From Candidatus Limnocylindria bacterium (GTDB lineage Bacteria; Desulfobacterota; Binatia; DP-6), in NCBI GenBank assembly GCA_035559675.1, contig DATMAZ010000062.1, positions 10,679 through 74,678 of the forward strand: a DNA stretch of 64,000 nt, read 5' to 3'. The notes under the pieces were generated by a model. That model saw only the letters and a list, made by a program, of their open reading frames with translations, did not search any database and was not told the DNA's origin. Below, in pieces: positions 8,799 through 23,178 of this stretch (positions within the stretch are counted from its first letter, which is position 1; each line of letters starts with the position of its first letter). The position numbers were made by a program, and so were the translations under genes.

Positions 8799-10075
8799 GC
8801 GTTGCGGATCTCGGGTGCCTGCTTGCGCAATCTTCCGGCGAGCGTCGGCGGCACGAGCGCCGTCACCCGGAGATGGCCGTCCCGGACCTGCTCGGCGACC
8901 ACCCGCCCGCCCCCGCGCAACGCCGCTACCACGTCGCCCCGTCCGAGCGGCACCGCCCAGTCCACGCGCACGAGGGTCGTGGCGACGAGCCCCTCGATCC
9001 GCTCCCGCAGCGCCTCGATGCCGTCTCCGTGGAGCGCGGAGACGCAGGTACCGTGCTCGAGCTCGGCCGGCGTCGGCTGCGCGTCCTCGGCGCCCGCGTC
9101 GATCTTGTTGAAGACGAACCAGGTCGGCACGCGATCGGCGCCGATCTCCTGCAGCACGCCGTCCACGATCCGCACATGCTCGCGCCACCTCGCGTGCGAC
9201 ACGTCGACGACGTGCAGCAGCACCGTCGCGGTCGCCACCTGCTCGAGCGTGCTCTTGAAGGCCTCGATCAGCTGGTGGGGTAGCTTGTGGATGAAGCCGA
9301 CGGTGTCCACCATGAGCGCCGGCACGCCGCCGGGCAGCGGGAGGCGCCGTGTGGTCGGATCGAGTGTCGCAAACAGGCGATCCTCCACGTGCACGTCCGC
9401 GCCGGTGAGCCGGCGCATGAGCGTCGACTTGCCGGCGTTCGTGTAGCCGACGAGCGCCACGATCGGCGCCGGCACGGCGGCGCGCTGCTCGCGATGGAGC
9501 GTACGGGTGCGCTCCACGGCGGCCAGCCGGCGCTTCAGCAGCCCGACCCGCTCGCGCACGCGCCGCCGGTCGACCTCGAGCTGCGTCTCGCCGGGACCGC
9601 GGGTTCCGACCCCGCCGCCCAACCGCGAGAGGTGCGTCCACTGGCGCGTCAACCGGGGCAGCAGGTACTCAAGCTGCGCCAGCTCGACCTGGAGCTTGCC
9701 CTCGGTGCTGCGCGCCCGCTGGGCGAAGATGTCCAGGATCAAGGCGCTGCGGTCGATCACCTTGCAGCCGAGCTCGCGCTCGAGGTTGCGCTGCTGGGCC
9801 GGCGAGAGCGCGTCGTCGAACACGACCACGTCGGCCGGGAGCCGGTCGCGCAGCGCGCGCAGCTCGGTCACCTTGCCGCGTCCAATGAACGTGGCGGGGT
9901 CGGGCCGCCGCAGCGCCTGCGTGGCCGAGCCCACGACTCGCAGCCCGGCCGTGTCGGCCAACCGTCCGAGCTCCTGCAGCGATTCGGCGCTGGGAACGGC
10001 CGCACCGGGGCGCTCGGCGCCCACGAGCACGGCCCGCTCCGCCGCACGCGCCGTGGTATGGAGACGACTCTTCAC
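8789..10075 (-). CDS. hflX: GTPase HflX.
   Basis: An HflX N-domain is followed by G-domain motifs (GYTNAGKST, DTVGF, NKID). GTG start overlaps the dnaE stop as GTGA. Confidence 0.85.
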   Translation of the reverse strand: MKSRLHTTARAAERAVLVGAERPGAAVPSAESLQELGRLADTAGLRVVGSATQALRRPDPATFIGRGKVTELRALRDRLPADVVVFDDALSPAQQRNLERELGCKVIDRSALILDIFAQRARSTEGKLQVELAQLEYLLPRLTRQWTHLSRLGGGVGTRGPGETQLEVDRRRVRERVGLLKRRLAAVERTRTLHREQRAAVPAPIVALVGYTNAGKSTLMRRLTGADVHVEDRLFATLDPTTRRLPLPGGVPALMVDTVGFIHKLPHQLIEAFKSTLEQVATATVLLHVVDVSHARWREHVRIVDGVLQEIGADRVPTWFVFNKIDAGAEDAQPTPAELEHGTCVSALHGDGIEALRERIEGLVATTLVRVDWAVPLGRGDVVAALRGGGRVVAEQVRDGHLRVTALVPPTLAGRLRKQAPEIRNACN

Positions 10076-13000
10076 CGGAACGACAGCATACCGGAGCCGA
10101 CGACGCGCTCCACCGCCTCCACGACGGCATCGGTCGCGGCCACGCGAGTGCCCTCCGGCAGCGCGATGACGGTGACGGAGTCGTCGGGGCGGATCAGGTG
10201 GACGAAGGCCTCGCACGGACCGGGGTGGGCCTGGAACACCTCCCGCAGCCGCTCGAGGCCGTCCCGGCCGACCCGGGCGAGCGGCACCTGCACGTGCACC
10301 TGGCGGATGGCCTCCGCACGCGCGGCCGCGAGCGGCATGAGCTCCTCGGCGATGATCTGGCAGCGCTCCGGGGAGAGATCGAGGGCCCCCGACACCACCA
10401 CGGCCTCCCCCGCGGCGATGGCCTGCTCGTAGCGGCGGTAGGTGTCGGGCCAGGCGATGATCTCCACGGTCCCTTCCTTGTCCTCGAGCATGAAGGTCGC
10501 ATAGCGCTCGCCGCGCTTGGAGTTGCGGAGCCGGATCGAGTTGATGACGCCGCCGATCTTTACCCGTGGGCGGCTCTCGCGACCGGGGCGATCGGGGTTT
10601 CCCGCCGGCAGCGTCGCGCCCTTGGTGCGCAGCGTGCCCACCGTCACGTTCGTGAACTTGCGGAGATCCCGCACGTACCGGTCGAGCGGGTGTCCCGTGA
10701 TGAAGAAGCCGATCGCTTCCCGCTCGTGCCGCAGCTCCTCGTCGGAGCGCCAGGGCTCGACCTCGGGCAAGGCCGGGGGCGCCTCGGCTGGCGCGGCCCC
10801 GCCCCCGCCGCCGAAGAGACCGAGCTGGGGGCTGCTCGCCTCCTCGATGCGGGCGGCTGTCCAACGAAGCGCGTCGTCGAGCCCGTGCCACAGCCGAGCG
10901 CGGTTGCGCTCCAGGCTGTCGAACGCCCCGCAGGCGATCAGGCTCTCCAGCACCTTGCGGTTCACCACCGACCCGCGGACGCGCAGACAGAAGTCGTGGA
11001 GCGAGGTGAACGGCCCCCCCTCCTCCCGCGCCGCGATGATCGCCTCGACGGCCTTCGCCCCGACCCCCTTTACGGCGCCGAAGCCGAAGCGGATCGCGTC
11101 GCCCACCACCGTGAAGTCGCAGCGGCTCTCGTTCACGTCGGGCTGGAGGATCGCAATGCCGTGCTCCCGGCACTCCGCGATGTTCTTGAAGGTGTTGTCG
11201 GTGTCGCCCGCCTCGAGCGTCAGCAACCCCGCCATGAACTCGGTGCGGTAGTGCGCCTTCAAAAACGCCGTCTGATACGTGATCACGGCGTAGGCCGCCG
11301 AGTGGCTCTTGTTGAAGCCGTAGGCCGCGAACGTCTCCATTTGATCGAAGATCTCGGCGGCCAGGCGCGGGTCGGCGGTCCCCCGCTCCGCCACGCCGCG
11401 CAGGAACCGCTCGCGCTCCACGGCCATCTCTTCGGCCTTCTTCTTGCCCATGGCGCGGCGGAGATTGTCGGCGTCGCCGAGCGAGTAGCCGGCGAGCGCC
11501 TGCGCGATCTGCATTACCTGCTCCTGGTAAACGATGACGCCGTAGGTGTCGCGCAGGATCGGCTCCAGCGCGGGGTGCAGGTAGCGGATCGGCTCCTTGC
11601 CGTGCTTGCGCTTGATGAACTGGTCCACCATGCCGCTGTCGAGCGGCCCGGGCCGGTAGAGGGCGAGCGCGGCGACGATGTCGGCGAAGCAGGACGGCCG
11701 GAGTTGCGCGAGCATGCGGCGCATGCCGCCCGACTCCGCCTGAAAGACGCCCACCGTGTCGGCGTCCTGGAGGATCTTGTACGTGGCGGGGTCGTCGAAG
11801 GGGATCGCGTCCAGCTTGAGATGGACGCCGCGGCTCTCGGCGATCAGCCGGACGATGTTGTCGACCAGCGTGAGGTTTTTCAGCCCGAGGAAGTCGAACT
11901 TGATCAGGCCGATCGCCTCGACGTCGGTGTAGACGTACTGCGTCACCACCTCGCCGTCCTTGTCGATCCAGAGCGGCAGGTCCTCGGTGAGCGGCCGGGG
12001 CGAGATGACGATGCCGGCCGCGTGCTTGGACGCGTTGCGCAGGAGCCCTTCCAAGCGCAGCGCGAGATCGAAGAGACGCGCCTCGCGCTCGCCCGAACGC
12101 TGGATCTCCGCCAGGCGCGGCTCCATCTCCAGGGCCTTCGCCAGCGGAAAATCCTTGCCCTGCTTGGGCTCGGGATAGAGCTTGGTGATGCGGTCCGTCT
12201 CGGCGAAGGTGAGGCCGAGGACGCGCCCGACGTCCTTGATGACCTGCTTCCCCTTGAGCGTGCCGAACGTGATGATCTGCGCCACACGATCCGCGCCGTA
12301 CTTCTCGCGCACGTAGCGGATCACCTCGTCCCGGCGCACGAAGCAGAAGTCGACGTCGATGTCCGGCATCGAGCGGCGCTCGGGATTGAGGAAGCGCTCG
12401 AACAGCAAGCCGTGCTCGACCGGGTCGAGCTCGGTGATGCGGAGGCTCCAGGCCACCAGGCTGCCCGCGGCCGACCCGCGCCCCGGGCCCACCGGGATGC
12501 CGCGGTCCTTGGCCCAGGTGATGAAGTCGGCGACGATGAGAAAGTAGCCGGCGAACCCCATCTTGGTGATCACGCCGAGCTCGTAGGCCAGCCGGGCCTC
12601 GTAGACCGCCTCGTCGGGCGGCGGAGCCCCCAGCACGCGCCGCGCGTTCAGCCGCTCGCGGAGCCCCTGCCGCGCCATGCGCTCGAGCACGGCGTCGAGC
12701 GTCTCGTGCTCGGGCACCTGGTAGACCGGGAACTGCCACTTCTGCCGGAAGCCGAAGTCGCAGCGGCGCGCCACGTCGAGCGTGTTTTCCACCGCGCCGG
12801 GCACGTGGGCGAAGGCCGCGGCCATCTGCTCGGGCGTCTTCACGAACAGCTGGTCGGTCTCGAACTTCCAGCGCCGCTCGTCCGCGAACGTCTTGCCCGT
12901 CTGAATGCAGAGCAAGGCCTCGTGGGCCGCGGCGTCCTCGCACGACAGGTAGTGACAGTCGTTCGTCCCCACGAGCGGCAGGCCGAGGCGCTGCGCGAGG

Positions 13001-13581
13001 TCGATCAGCTCGACGTTCACCGCCTCCTGCTTGGCGAGGCGGTTGTCCTGGATCTCCAGGTAGAAGCGCCCGTCGAAGATGCGCGCGAGCTCCTCGGCGG
13101 CGGCCTTCGCCCGTGCCCGCTGCCCCAGCATGAGGTTGTGGGCGATCTCGCCGCGCAGGCATCCGGAAAGCGCGATGATGCCGCCGTTCAGCTCCTCGAG
13201 CAGCGCCTTGTCGACGCGCGGCTTGTAATGGAAGCCTTCCCGGTACCCGGCCGTCACCAGCCGGCAGAGGTTCCGGTAGCCCTCCCGGTTCATCGCCAGC
13301 AGGATCAGGTGATAGTTGCCGCCCGCCTCGTAGTCGTCGATCCGCCCTTCCTTGTCGAAGCGGCTGCGGGGCGCGACGTACATCTCGCAGCCGATGATCG
13401 GCTTGACGCCGTGCTTCACGGCTTCGTTGTGAAACTGCACCGCGCCGAACATGTTGCCGTGGTCGGTGATGGCGCAGGCGCCCATGCCGGCGGCGCGCAC
13501 GCGCGGCAGCAGCTCCTTGATCTTGTTCGCGCCGTCGAGCAGCGAGTACTGCGTGTGGAGGTGGAGGTGAACGAACGACAT
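10072..13581 (-). CDS. dnaE: DNA polymerase III alpha subunit.
   Basis: The PHP domain begins HLHLHTQYSLLDG, and the protein is 1169 aa with clear DnaE homology throughout. Confidence 0.95.
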   Translation of the reverse strand: MSFVHLHLHTQYSLLDGANKIKELLPRVRAAGMGACAITDHGNMFGAVQFHNEAVKHGVKPIIGCEMYVAPRSRFDKEGRIDDYEAGGNYHLILLAMNREGYRNLCRLVTAGYREGFHYKPRVDKALLEELNGGIIALSGCLRGEIAHNLMLGQRARAKAAAEELARIFDGRFYLEIQDNRLAKQEAVNVELIDLAQRLGLPLVGTNDCHYLSCEDAAAHEALLCIQTGKTFADERRWKFETDQLFVKTPEQMAAAFAHVPGAVENTLDVARRCDFGFRQKWQFPVYQVPEHETLDAVLERMARQGLRERLNARRVLGAPPPDEAVYEARLAYELGVITKMGFAGYFLIVADFITWAKDRGIPVGPGRGSAAGSLVAWSLRITELDPVEHGLLFERFLNPERRSMPDIDVDFCFVRRDEVIRYVREKYGADRVAQIITFGTLKGKQVIKDVGRVLGLTFAETDRITKLYPEPKQGKDFPLAKALEMEPRLAEIQRSGEREARLFDLALRLEGLLRNASKHAAGIVISPRPLTEDLPLWIDKDGEVVTQYVYTDVEAIGLIKFDFLGLKNLTLVDNIVRLIAESRGVHLKLDAIPFDDPATYKILQDADTVGVFQAESGGMRRMLAQLRPSCFADIVAALALYRPGPLDSGMVDQFIKRKHGKEPIRYLHPALEPILRDTYGVIVYQEQVMQIAQALAGYSLGDADNLRRAMGKKKAEEMAVERERFLRGVAERGTADPRLAAEIFDQMETFAAYGFNKSHSAAYAVITYQTAFLKAHYRTEFMAGLLTLEAGDTDNTFKNIAECREHGIAILQPDVNESRCDFTVVGDAIRFGFGAVKGVGAKAVEAIIAAREEGGPFTSLHDFCLRVRGSVVNRKVLESLIACGAFDSLERNRARLWHGLDDALRWTAARIEEASSPQLGLFGGGGGAAPAEAPPALPEVEPWRSDEELRHEREAIGFFITGHPLDRYVRDLRKFTNVTVGTLRTKGATLPAGNPDRPGRESRPRVKIGGVINSIRLRNSKRGERYATFMLEDKEGTVEIIAWPDTYRRYEQAIAAGEAVVVSGALDLSPERCQIIAEELMPLAAARAEAIRQVHVQVPLARVGRDGLERLREVFQAHPGPCEAFVHLIRPDDSVTVIALPEGTRVAATDAVVEAVERVVGSGMLSFR

Positions 13582-13595
13582 CGCGTCGGCCGGGC

Positions 13596-18085
<4,490 letters not shown>

Positions 18086-18089
<4 letters not shown>

Positions 18090-18976
18090 GGGTCGAGCTC
18101 GGCAACGCGATCGGCACGCCGCATCCAGCCCGGCTCGACGCGCACGAAGAGCTCCAGGTAGACCCGCTTGCCAACGAGCTGCTCGATCTCGAGTCGGGCA
18201 GCCTGGCCGATGGTGCGCAGCCGCGCCCCGCCCTTTCCGATCACGATGCCCTTGTGGGCCGGCCGCTCGACCAGCACGGTCGCCTGGATCACCACGAGAT
18301 TGCGCCCGGGATCGTCCTCCCAGCGCTCGACCACCACGGCGCTGCCGTAGGGGATCTCCTGCTCCGTGGCCAGGAACACCTGCTCGCGGATCAGCTCCTG
18401 AGCGAGAAACCGCATGGAGGCGGTGGTGTAGTCGTCGGCCTCGAAGCGCGGGGGCCCGGCCGGCAGCAGCCGCACGATTTCGTCCAGCAAGGCGTCGAGC
18501 TGGACGCCACGGGTCGCGCTCACCGGCACGACGGCGGGGCCGGGCCAGCGCGAGCCGATCTCTGCCAGCAGCGGCAGCAAGGCGGGCTTGGCTGTGCGAT
18601 CGACCTTGTTGAGGGCGATCACGAGCTTGGCCCGGCGCCCGACGAGCTCGTCGAGCAGCCCGGCGTTCGGTCTGGTGAGGCCGGCGGTCGCGTCGAGGAC
18701 CAAGAGCACGACGTCCGCGACCGACAACGTATCGCGCGCGGTCTGCACCATGCGGCGGTTGAGCGGCGAGCGCGCGGCATGCAGGCCCGGCGTGTCGAGG
18801 AAGATGATCTGGGCGCCGGGGACGGTTCGGATGCCCGCGATGCGATTGCGCGTCGTCTGCGGCCTCGGCGTCGCGATCGACACCTTGGCGCCCACGAGCG
18901 CGTTCAGCAGCGTCGACTTCCCGACGTTCGGCCGGCCGACGATCGCCACGTCGCCGCAGCGATGCTCGCTCACCAC
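18086..18976 (-). CDS. era: GTPase Era.
   Basis: G-domain motifs (GRPNVGKSTL, DTPG, NKVD) are followed by a C-terminal KH domain. Confidence 0.9.
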
Positions 18977-19656
18977 TCCCCCCGCTCCAGCTGCGCCAGC
19001 GCCTCCATCGCGGCGGCTTGCTCGGCGGCCTTCTTGCTCGCCCCCACCCCGCGGCCCGCGACCCGGCCGTCGATCGACAGCTCGACGGCGAAGCGCTTGG
19101 CATGGTCGGGCCCCTGCTCGTTGATCAGACGGTAGACGGGACTCACGCGAAAGCGCCGCTGCGTCAGCTCCTGCAGCCGCGTCTTGTAGTCGCTGGCCCC
19201 CGCGAGACCGCCCGCGGCGAGCTCCGAGGCGAACTCGCGCCCCACGACGTCGCGGACCGCCTGGTAGCCACCGTCGAGGAAGATGGCACCCAGTACGGCC
19301 TCGTATGCCGCAGCGAGGATCGACTCCTTGTCGCGCCCGCCCGTCTTCTCTTCGCCCCGCCCGAGCCGCAGCCAGTGGCTCAGCGCCAGCGCGCGGGCCT
19401 TGCCGGCCAGCACGGCGGCATTCACCAGCCCCGCCCGCAGCTTCGAAAGCTCGCCCTCCCGCGCGGCCGGGTGGTGCTGCATGAGCAGGTCCGCAATGGC
19501 GAGCGCGAGCACGGCGTCACCGAGAAACTCCAGCGTCTCGTTGTTCTCGCGGTCGCCCCCGACGGAGCGATGCGTGAGCGCCCGTGCCAGCGTGCCGGGC
19601 TCGGCGAACCGGTAGCCAAGCCGCTCGGCGACGATGTCGACCAGCTGGTCGCTCAC
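18970..19656 (-). CDS. rnc: Ribonuclease III.
   Basis: NETLEFLGDAVL is the RNase III signature and a C-terminal dsRBD is present. GTG start overlaps the mtaB stop as GTGA. Confidence 0.9.
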   Translation of the reverse strand: MSDQLVDIVAERLGYRFAEPGTLARALTHRSVGGDRENNETLEFLGDAVLALAIADLLMQHHPAAREGELSKLRAGLVNAAVLAGKARALALSHWLRLGRGEEKTGGRDKESILAAAYEAVLGAIFLDGGYQAVRDVVGREFASELAAGGLAGASDYKTRLQELTQRRFRVSPVYRLINEQGPDHAKRFAVELSIDGRVAGRGVGASKKAAEQAAAMEALAQLERGEW

Positions 19657-20963
19657 GGGACCACCGCCACGGCGTGCATGACAGGCCCGTCCCCTGCCGA
19701 CAGACGGACTCGCACGCGCCGGCCGGCCCAGGCGTCGGGACCCGGCAGCACCACGCGCGTGTAGTTGCGCGTGTAGCCGCGCAGCAGGCCCGAGCGGGAG
19801 TCGCGGCCGCGCTCGACCAGGACCTCGGCCTCCATCCCGTCGAGTGTGCGCAGGAACGCCAGCTGCCTCTCCCCGCAGAGCCGGCGCAGCTGCGCGGCGC
19901 GGCGGCGGCCCTCGCCGGGCGCCGGACGATCCGGCAGCTTGGCCGCAGTCGTGGCTCGCCGCGGGGAATACGGAAAGACGTGGGCGTAGGTGATCGGCTG
20001 CTCGGCGACGAAGGCCAGCGTCCGTTCGAATGCCGCCTCGTCCTCGCCCGGAAAGCCGGCGATCAGATCCGTGCCGATGTGCGCCTGCGGCAGCTCGGCG
20101 CGAATCATCGCCAGGCGTTCGGCCGCCAACGCCGTATCGTAGCGGCGCCGCATGCGGCGCAACACGTCGTCGTCCCCGGACTGCAGCGGCACGTGCAGGT
20201 GGTCGCAGACCGAGGGGGCGTCCCGCATCACACCGAGCAACCGCTCGTCCACCTCGTGCGGGTCGACGGACGAGAGCCGCAGGCGCGGGATGAGCGCGCG
20301 CTCGGCCAGCATCTCGACGAGGTCGGCGAGCCGGATCGCGGGCCGGAGGTCCTCCCCGTAGCCACCGAGATGAACCCCGGTGAGGACCACCTCCTCGAAC
20401 CCCTGCGCGGCCAGCGCGGCCACTTCCTCGACGACCCGGCGCGGCTCCAGGCTCCGGCTGCGCCCGCGCGCCATCGGCACGATGCAGAACGTGCAGAAGA
20501 GGTCGCAGCCCTCCTGCACCTTGAGGAAGGCCCGCGTCTGCTCCGGAAACACCCGCGCCCCGTACGTGGAGAAGGCACGCGGCGCGCGGCTCGGCTCGAC
20601 GTCCACCCGCGGCTGCGGCGCCGCGCTCACCACCGTCTCGACCAGGCGATCCATCCGGCCGATGCCGATCACGTGGTCCACCGCACCGAGCGCTCCGACT
20701 TCGCTCGGCGCGGCCTGTGCCCAGCAGCCGGTGACGATGATCCGCGCCCCCGGGTGCTCGCGGCGGGCGCGCGCCACGACTTTCCGCACGTCGGCGCAGG
20801 CCCGCTCGGTCACCGTGCACGAGTTGACGACCACGACGTCGGCCGGTGCGTCCGCCGCCACGAGACGGCATCCCGCATCCCCGAGCCGCTGCCCGATGCT
20901 GGCGCTGTCGTAGGTGTTCACCTTGCAGCCCAGCGTGACGATCGCGACCCGCGGTCCGCTCAT
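19653..20963 (-). CDS. mtaB: Radical-SAM methylthiotransferase of the MiaB/RimO/MtaB family.
   Basis: It has an N-terminal MTTase domain (VNTYDS), the radical SAM motif CDLFCTFC and a C-terminal TRAM-like region. Its position next to rnc and era suggests MtaB, but RimO or MiaB cannot be excluded. Confidence 0.75.
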   Translation of the reverse strand: MSGPRVAIVTLGCKVNTYDSASIGQRLGDAGCRLVAADAPADVVVVNSCTVTERACADVRKVVARARREHPGARIIVTGCWAQAAPSEVGALGAVDHVIGIGRMDRLVETVVSAAPQPRVDVEPSRAPRAFSTYGARVFPEQTRAFLKVQEGCDLFCTFCIVPMARGRSRSLEPRRVVEEVAALAAQGFEEVVLTGVHLGGYGEDLRPAIRLADLVEMLAERALIPRLRLSSVDPHEVDERLLGVMRDAPSVCDHLHVPLQSGDDDVLRRMRRRYDTALAAERLAMIRAELPQAHIGTDLIAGFPGEDEAAFERTLAFVAEQPITYAHVFPYSPRRATTAAKLPDRPAPGEGRRRAAQLRRLCGERQLAFLRTLDGMEAEVLVERGRDSRSGLLRGYTRNYTRVVLPGPDAWAGRRVRVRLSAGDGPVMHAVAVVP

Positions 20964-22030
20964 GGGCGCTCCCCGACGATCCAGCCGCCGCCGTGGACGT
21001 ACTCGCCCTCGTAGAACACCGCCGCCTGCCCGGGTGCGACCGGCGTTGGAACCTCGAAGGCCACCTCGGCGCGCCGGCCGTCCCAGCCGACCACCCGGCA
21101 GGGCACCGGCGCATGCCGGTGGCGGAGCCGCACCCGGAGATCGGCCCCAGAGTCGGGCGGGCGGCCATGCGCCCAGTGCACCTCGTCGACCACGAACCCG
21201 GCGGCGCCAAGCGAGGCCGCCCCGCTCACGTGGACGGTACCCGTCGCCGCGTCCAGGGCGCGCACGTATCGCGCCCGCCCACCGCCGAGGCCGAGGCCGC
21301 GCCGCTGGCCGATCGTGAAGCGGTGCACTCCGCGGTGACTTCCCACGACGGTGCCGTCCTCGTCGATCACGGAACCCGGGCGCAGTGCCTCCGGCGGCGC
21401 CAGCCGCTCGACGAAGGCCGCCGTATCGCCGGCCGGCACGAAGCACACCTCCATGCTCTCCGGCTTCTCGGCCACCGGAAGGCCGAGCCGCGCCGCCTCG
21501 AGGCGTACCTCCTGCTTGGTCGCGTCACCGACCGGAAACAGCGTCCGGGCAAGCGCGTCGCCGCCGAGCATGAAGAGGAAATAGCTCTGATCCTTCGCCG
21601 CGTCGCGTGCCGCCCGCAGCATCGGGCGGCCGCTCCCGGGGTGCAGGGCGACGCGCGCGTAATGACCCGTCGCGAGACGGCTCGCGCCCAGCTCCTTCGC
21701 CTGCCTCCACAGGTGGTCGAACTTGACGTGCTGATTGCAGCGGACGCACGGGTTGGGCGTGCGTCCCGCCAGGTACTCGGCGACGAAGGGGTCGACCACC
21801 GTGCTCGCGAACAACTCGCGGTAGTCGAAGACGTAGTGCGGAATGCCGAGGTGATCAGCGACCGCGGCCGCATCGTGGAAGTCGTCGAGCGAGCAGCAGC
21901 TTCCGGTACCGTCGCGTCCCAGGCGCAGCGAGACGCCGATCACGTCGTAGCCGGCGGCCGCGCAGCGGGCGGCTGCCACGGCGCTGTCGACGCCGCCGCT
22001 CATGGCGACCACGATCCGCTCCCGCCTCAT
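20960..22030 (-). CDS. mnmA: tRNA-specific 2-thiouridylase MnmA.
   Basis: VAMSGGVDS is the PP-loop, and the catalytic cysteines (PNPCVRCN) are present. It is translationally coupled (ATGA) to iscS upstream. Confidence 0.9.
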   Translation of the reverse strand: MRRERIVVAMSGGVDSAVAAARCAAAGYDVIGVSLRLGRDGTGSCCSLDDFHDAAAVADHLGIPHYVFDYRELFASTVVDPFVAEYLAGRTPNPCVRCNQHVKFDHLWRQAKELGASRLATGHYARVALHPGSGRPMLRAARDAAKDQSYFLFMLGGDALARTLFPVGDATKQEVRLEAARLGLPVAEKPESMEVCFVPAGDTAAFVERLAPPEALRPGSVIDEDGTVVGSHRGVHRFTIGQRRGLGLGGGRARYVRALDAATGTVHVSGAASLGAAGFVVDEVHWAHGRPPDSGADLRVRLRHRHAPVPCRVVGWDGRRAEVAFEVPTPVAPGQAAVFYEGEYVHGGGWIVGERP

Positions 22031-23178
22031 GACGCCGCACGCTCCCGCTGGATCTGCCGGACGGCGGCGACGATCACGGCCGCGGCGCGGCGAACGTCGT
22101 CGTCGGTCGTGTCCCGGCCGAGGCTCAGGCGAAGCCCGGCGCGCGCCCGCTCCTCATCCGCTCCCATCGCGCGCAGCACGTGGGACGGCTCGACCGAGCC
22201 GGCCGCGCAGGCCGAGCCCAGCGATGCCGCCACGCCGCCGAGATCGAGCAGCACGAGCAGGCTCTGTCCGGGGACGCCCAGGAACGTCACGTTGAGCGTG
22301 TTCGGCAGCGTCCGCTCCCACGAGGCGCCGTTGCGCTCCACGTCCGGGATGCTCTCGCGGAGCAGGCTCCACAAAAGATCGCGGCCGCGGCGCATGCGCT
22401 TGGCGGCCGCCTCGAGGTCGTCGGCCGCAGCCGCCGCCGCGGCGCCGAACCCGACGATGCCCGCGACGTTCTCGGTGCCGGCCCGCCGCCCGCGTTCCTG
22501 CGGCCCTCCGGTCAGCAGCGGCCGCACGTCGAGTCCCGGGCGGATCCAGAGCGCGCCCACACCGGCCGGCCCGCCCAGCTTGTGGGACGACAACGAGAGC
22601 AGATCGACGCCGAGGGCCGCCACGTCGATCCGGAGTCGACCCGCCGCCTGCGCGGCGTCGGTGTGCACCAGGGCGCCGGTGGCGTGGGCCGTCGAGGCCA
22701 CGGCCGCAACGTCGTGCAGCACGCCGACCTCGCCGTTGGCCAGCGCGATGCTCACCAGACGGGGGCGTGCGGCGCAGGCCCGCTCCAGTTCGCCGTCCAC
22801 GAGCGTGCCGTCCCGTTCGACCGGCAGCCGCACGACGTGCACACCCGAGCGCTCGAGCGCCGCGGCCGGCTCGAGCACGGAGGCGTGCTCGATGGCGGTG
22901 GTGACCAGGCCGGAGCCGCGCTCCACGACGCCGGCGAGCGCCAGGTTGTTCGCCTCGGTCGCGCCGCTGGTGAACACGATATCCGCCGGCCGCGCGCCGA
23001 TCAGCGCGGCCACCTGCCCGCGCGCCCGCTCCAGCGCCCCGCGCACCCGCGCCCCCTCGCGATGCGCGCTGGACGGGTTGCCGGTGAGCGCCACCGCCTC
23101 GGTCATCGCCCGGCGCGCCTCGGGGCGCAGCGGTGCGGCGGCGTTGTAGTCGAGGTAGATGCGCGATGCGGCGGCCAT
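22027..23178 (-). CDS. iscS: Cysteine desulfurase (NifS/IscS-like class V aminotransferase).
   Basis: SSHKLGGPAGVGAL is the PLP lysine motif and SGATEANN is present. It pairs with mnmA as the sulfur donor. Confidence 0.85.
   Translation of the reverse strand: MAAASRIYLDYNAAAPLRPEARRAMTEAVALTGNPSSAHREGARVRGALERARGQVAALIGARPADIVFTSGATEANNLALAGVVERGSGLVTTAIEHASVLEPAAALERSGVHVVRLPVERDGTLVDGELERACAARPRLVSIALANGEVGVLHDVAAVASTAHATGALVHTDAAQAAGRLRIDVAALGVDLLSLSSHKLGGPAGVGALWIRPGLDVRPLLTGGPQERGRRAGTENVAGIVGFGAAAAAAADDLEAAAKRMRRGRDLLWSLLRESIPDVERNGASWERTLPNTLNVTFLGVPGQSLLVLLDLGGVAASLGSACAAGSVEPSHVLRAMGADEERARAGLRLSLGRDTTDDDVRRAAAVIVAAVRQIQRERAAS

Noticed and set aside
8789-13162. 1457-aa minus-strand ORF in the track.
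   Set aside because: It is not one gene. The frame simply stays open upstream of hflX through dnaE. Only the last 428 codons (8789-10075) have HflX homology. The upstream part is an out-of-frame read-through of dnaE.
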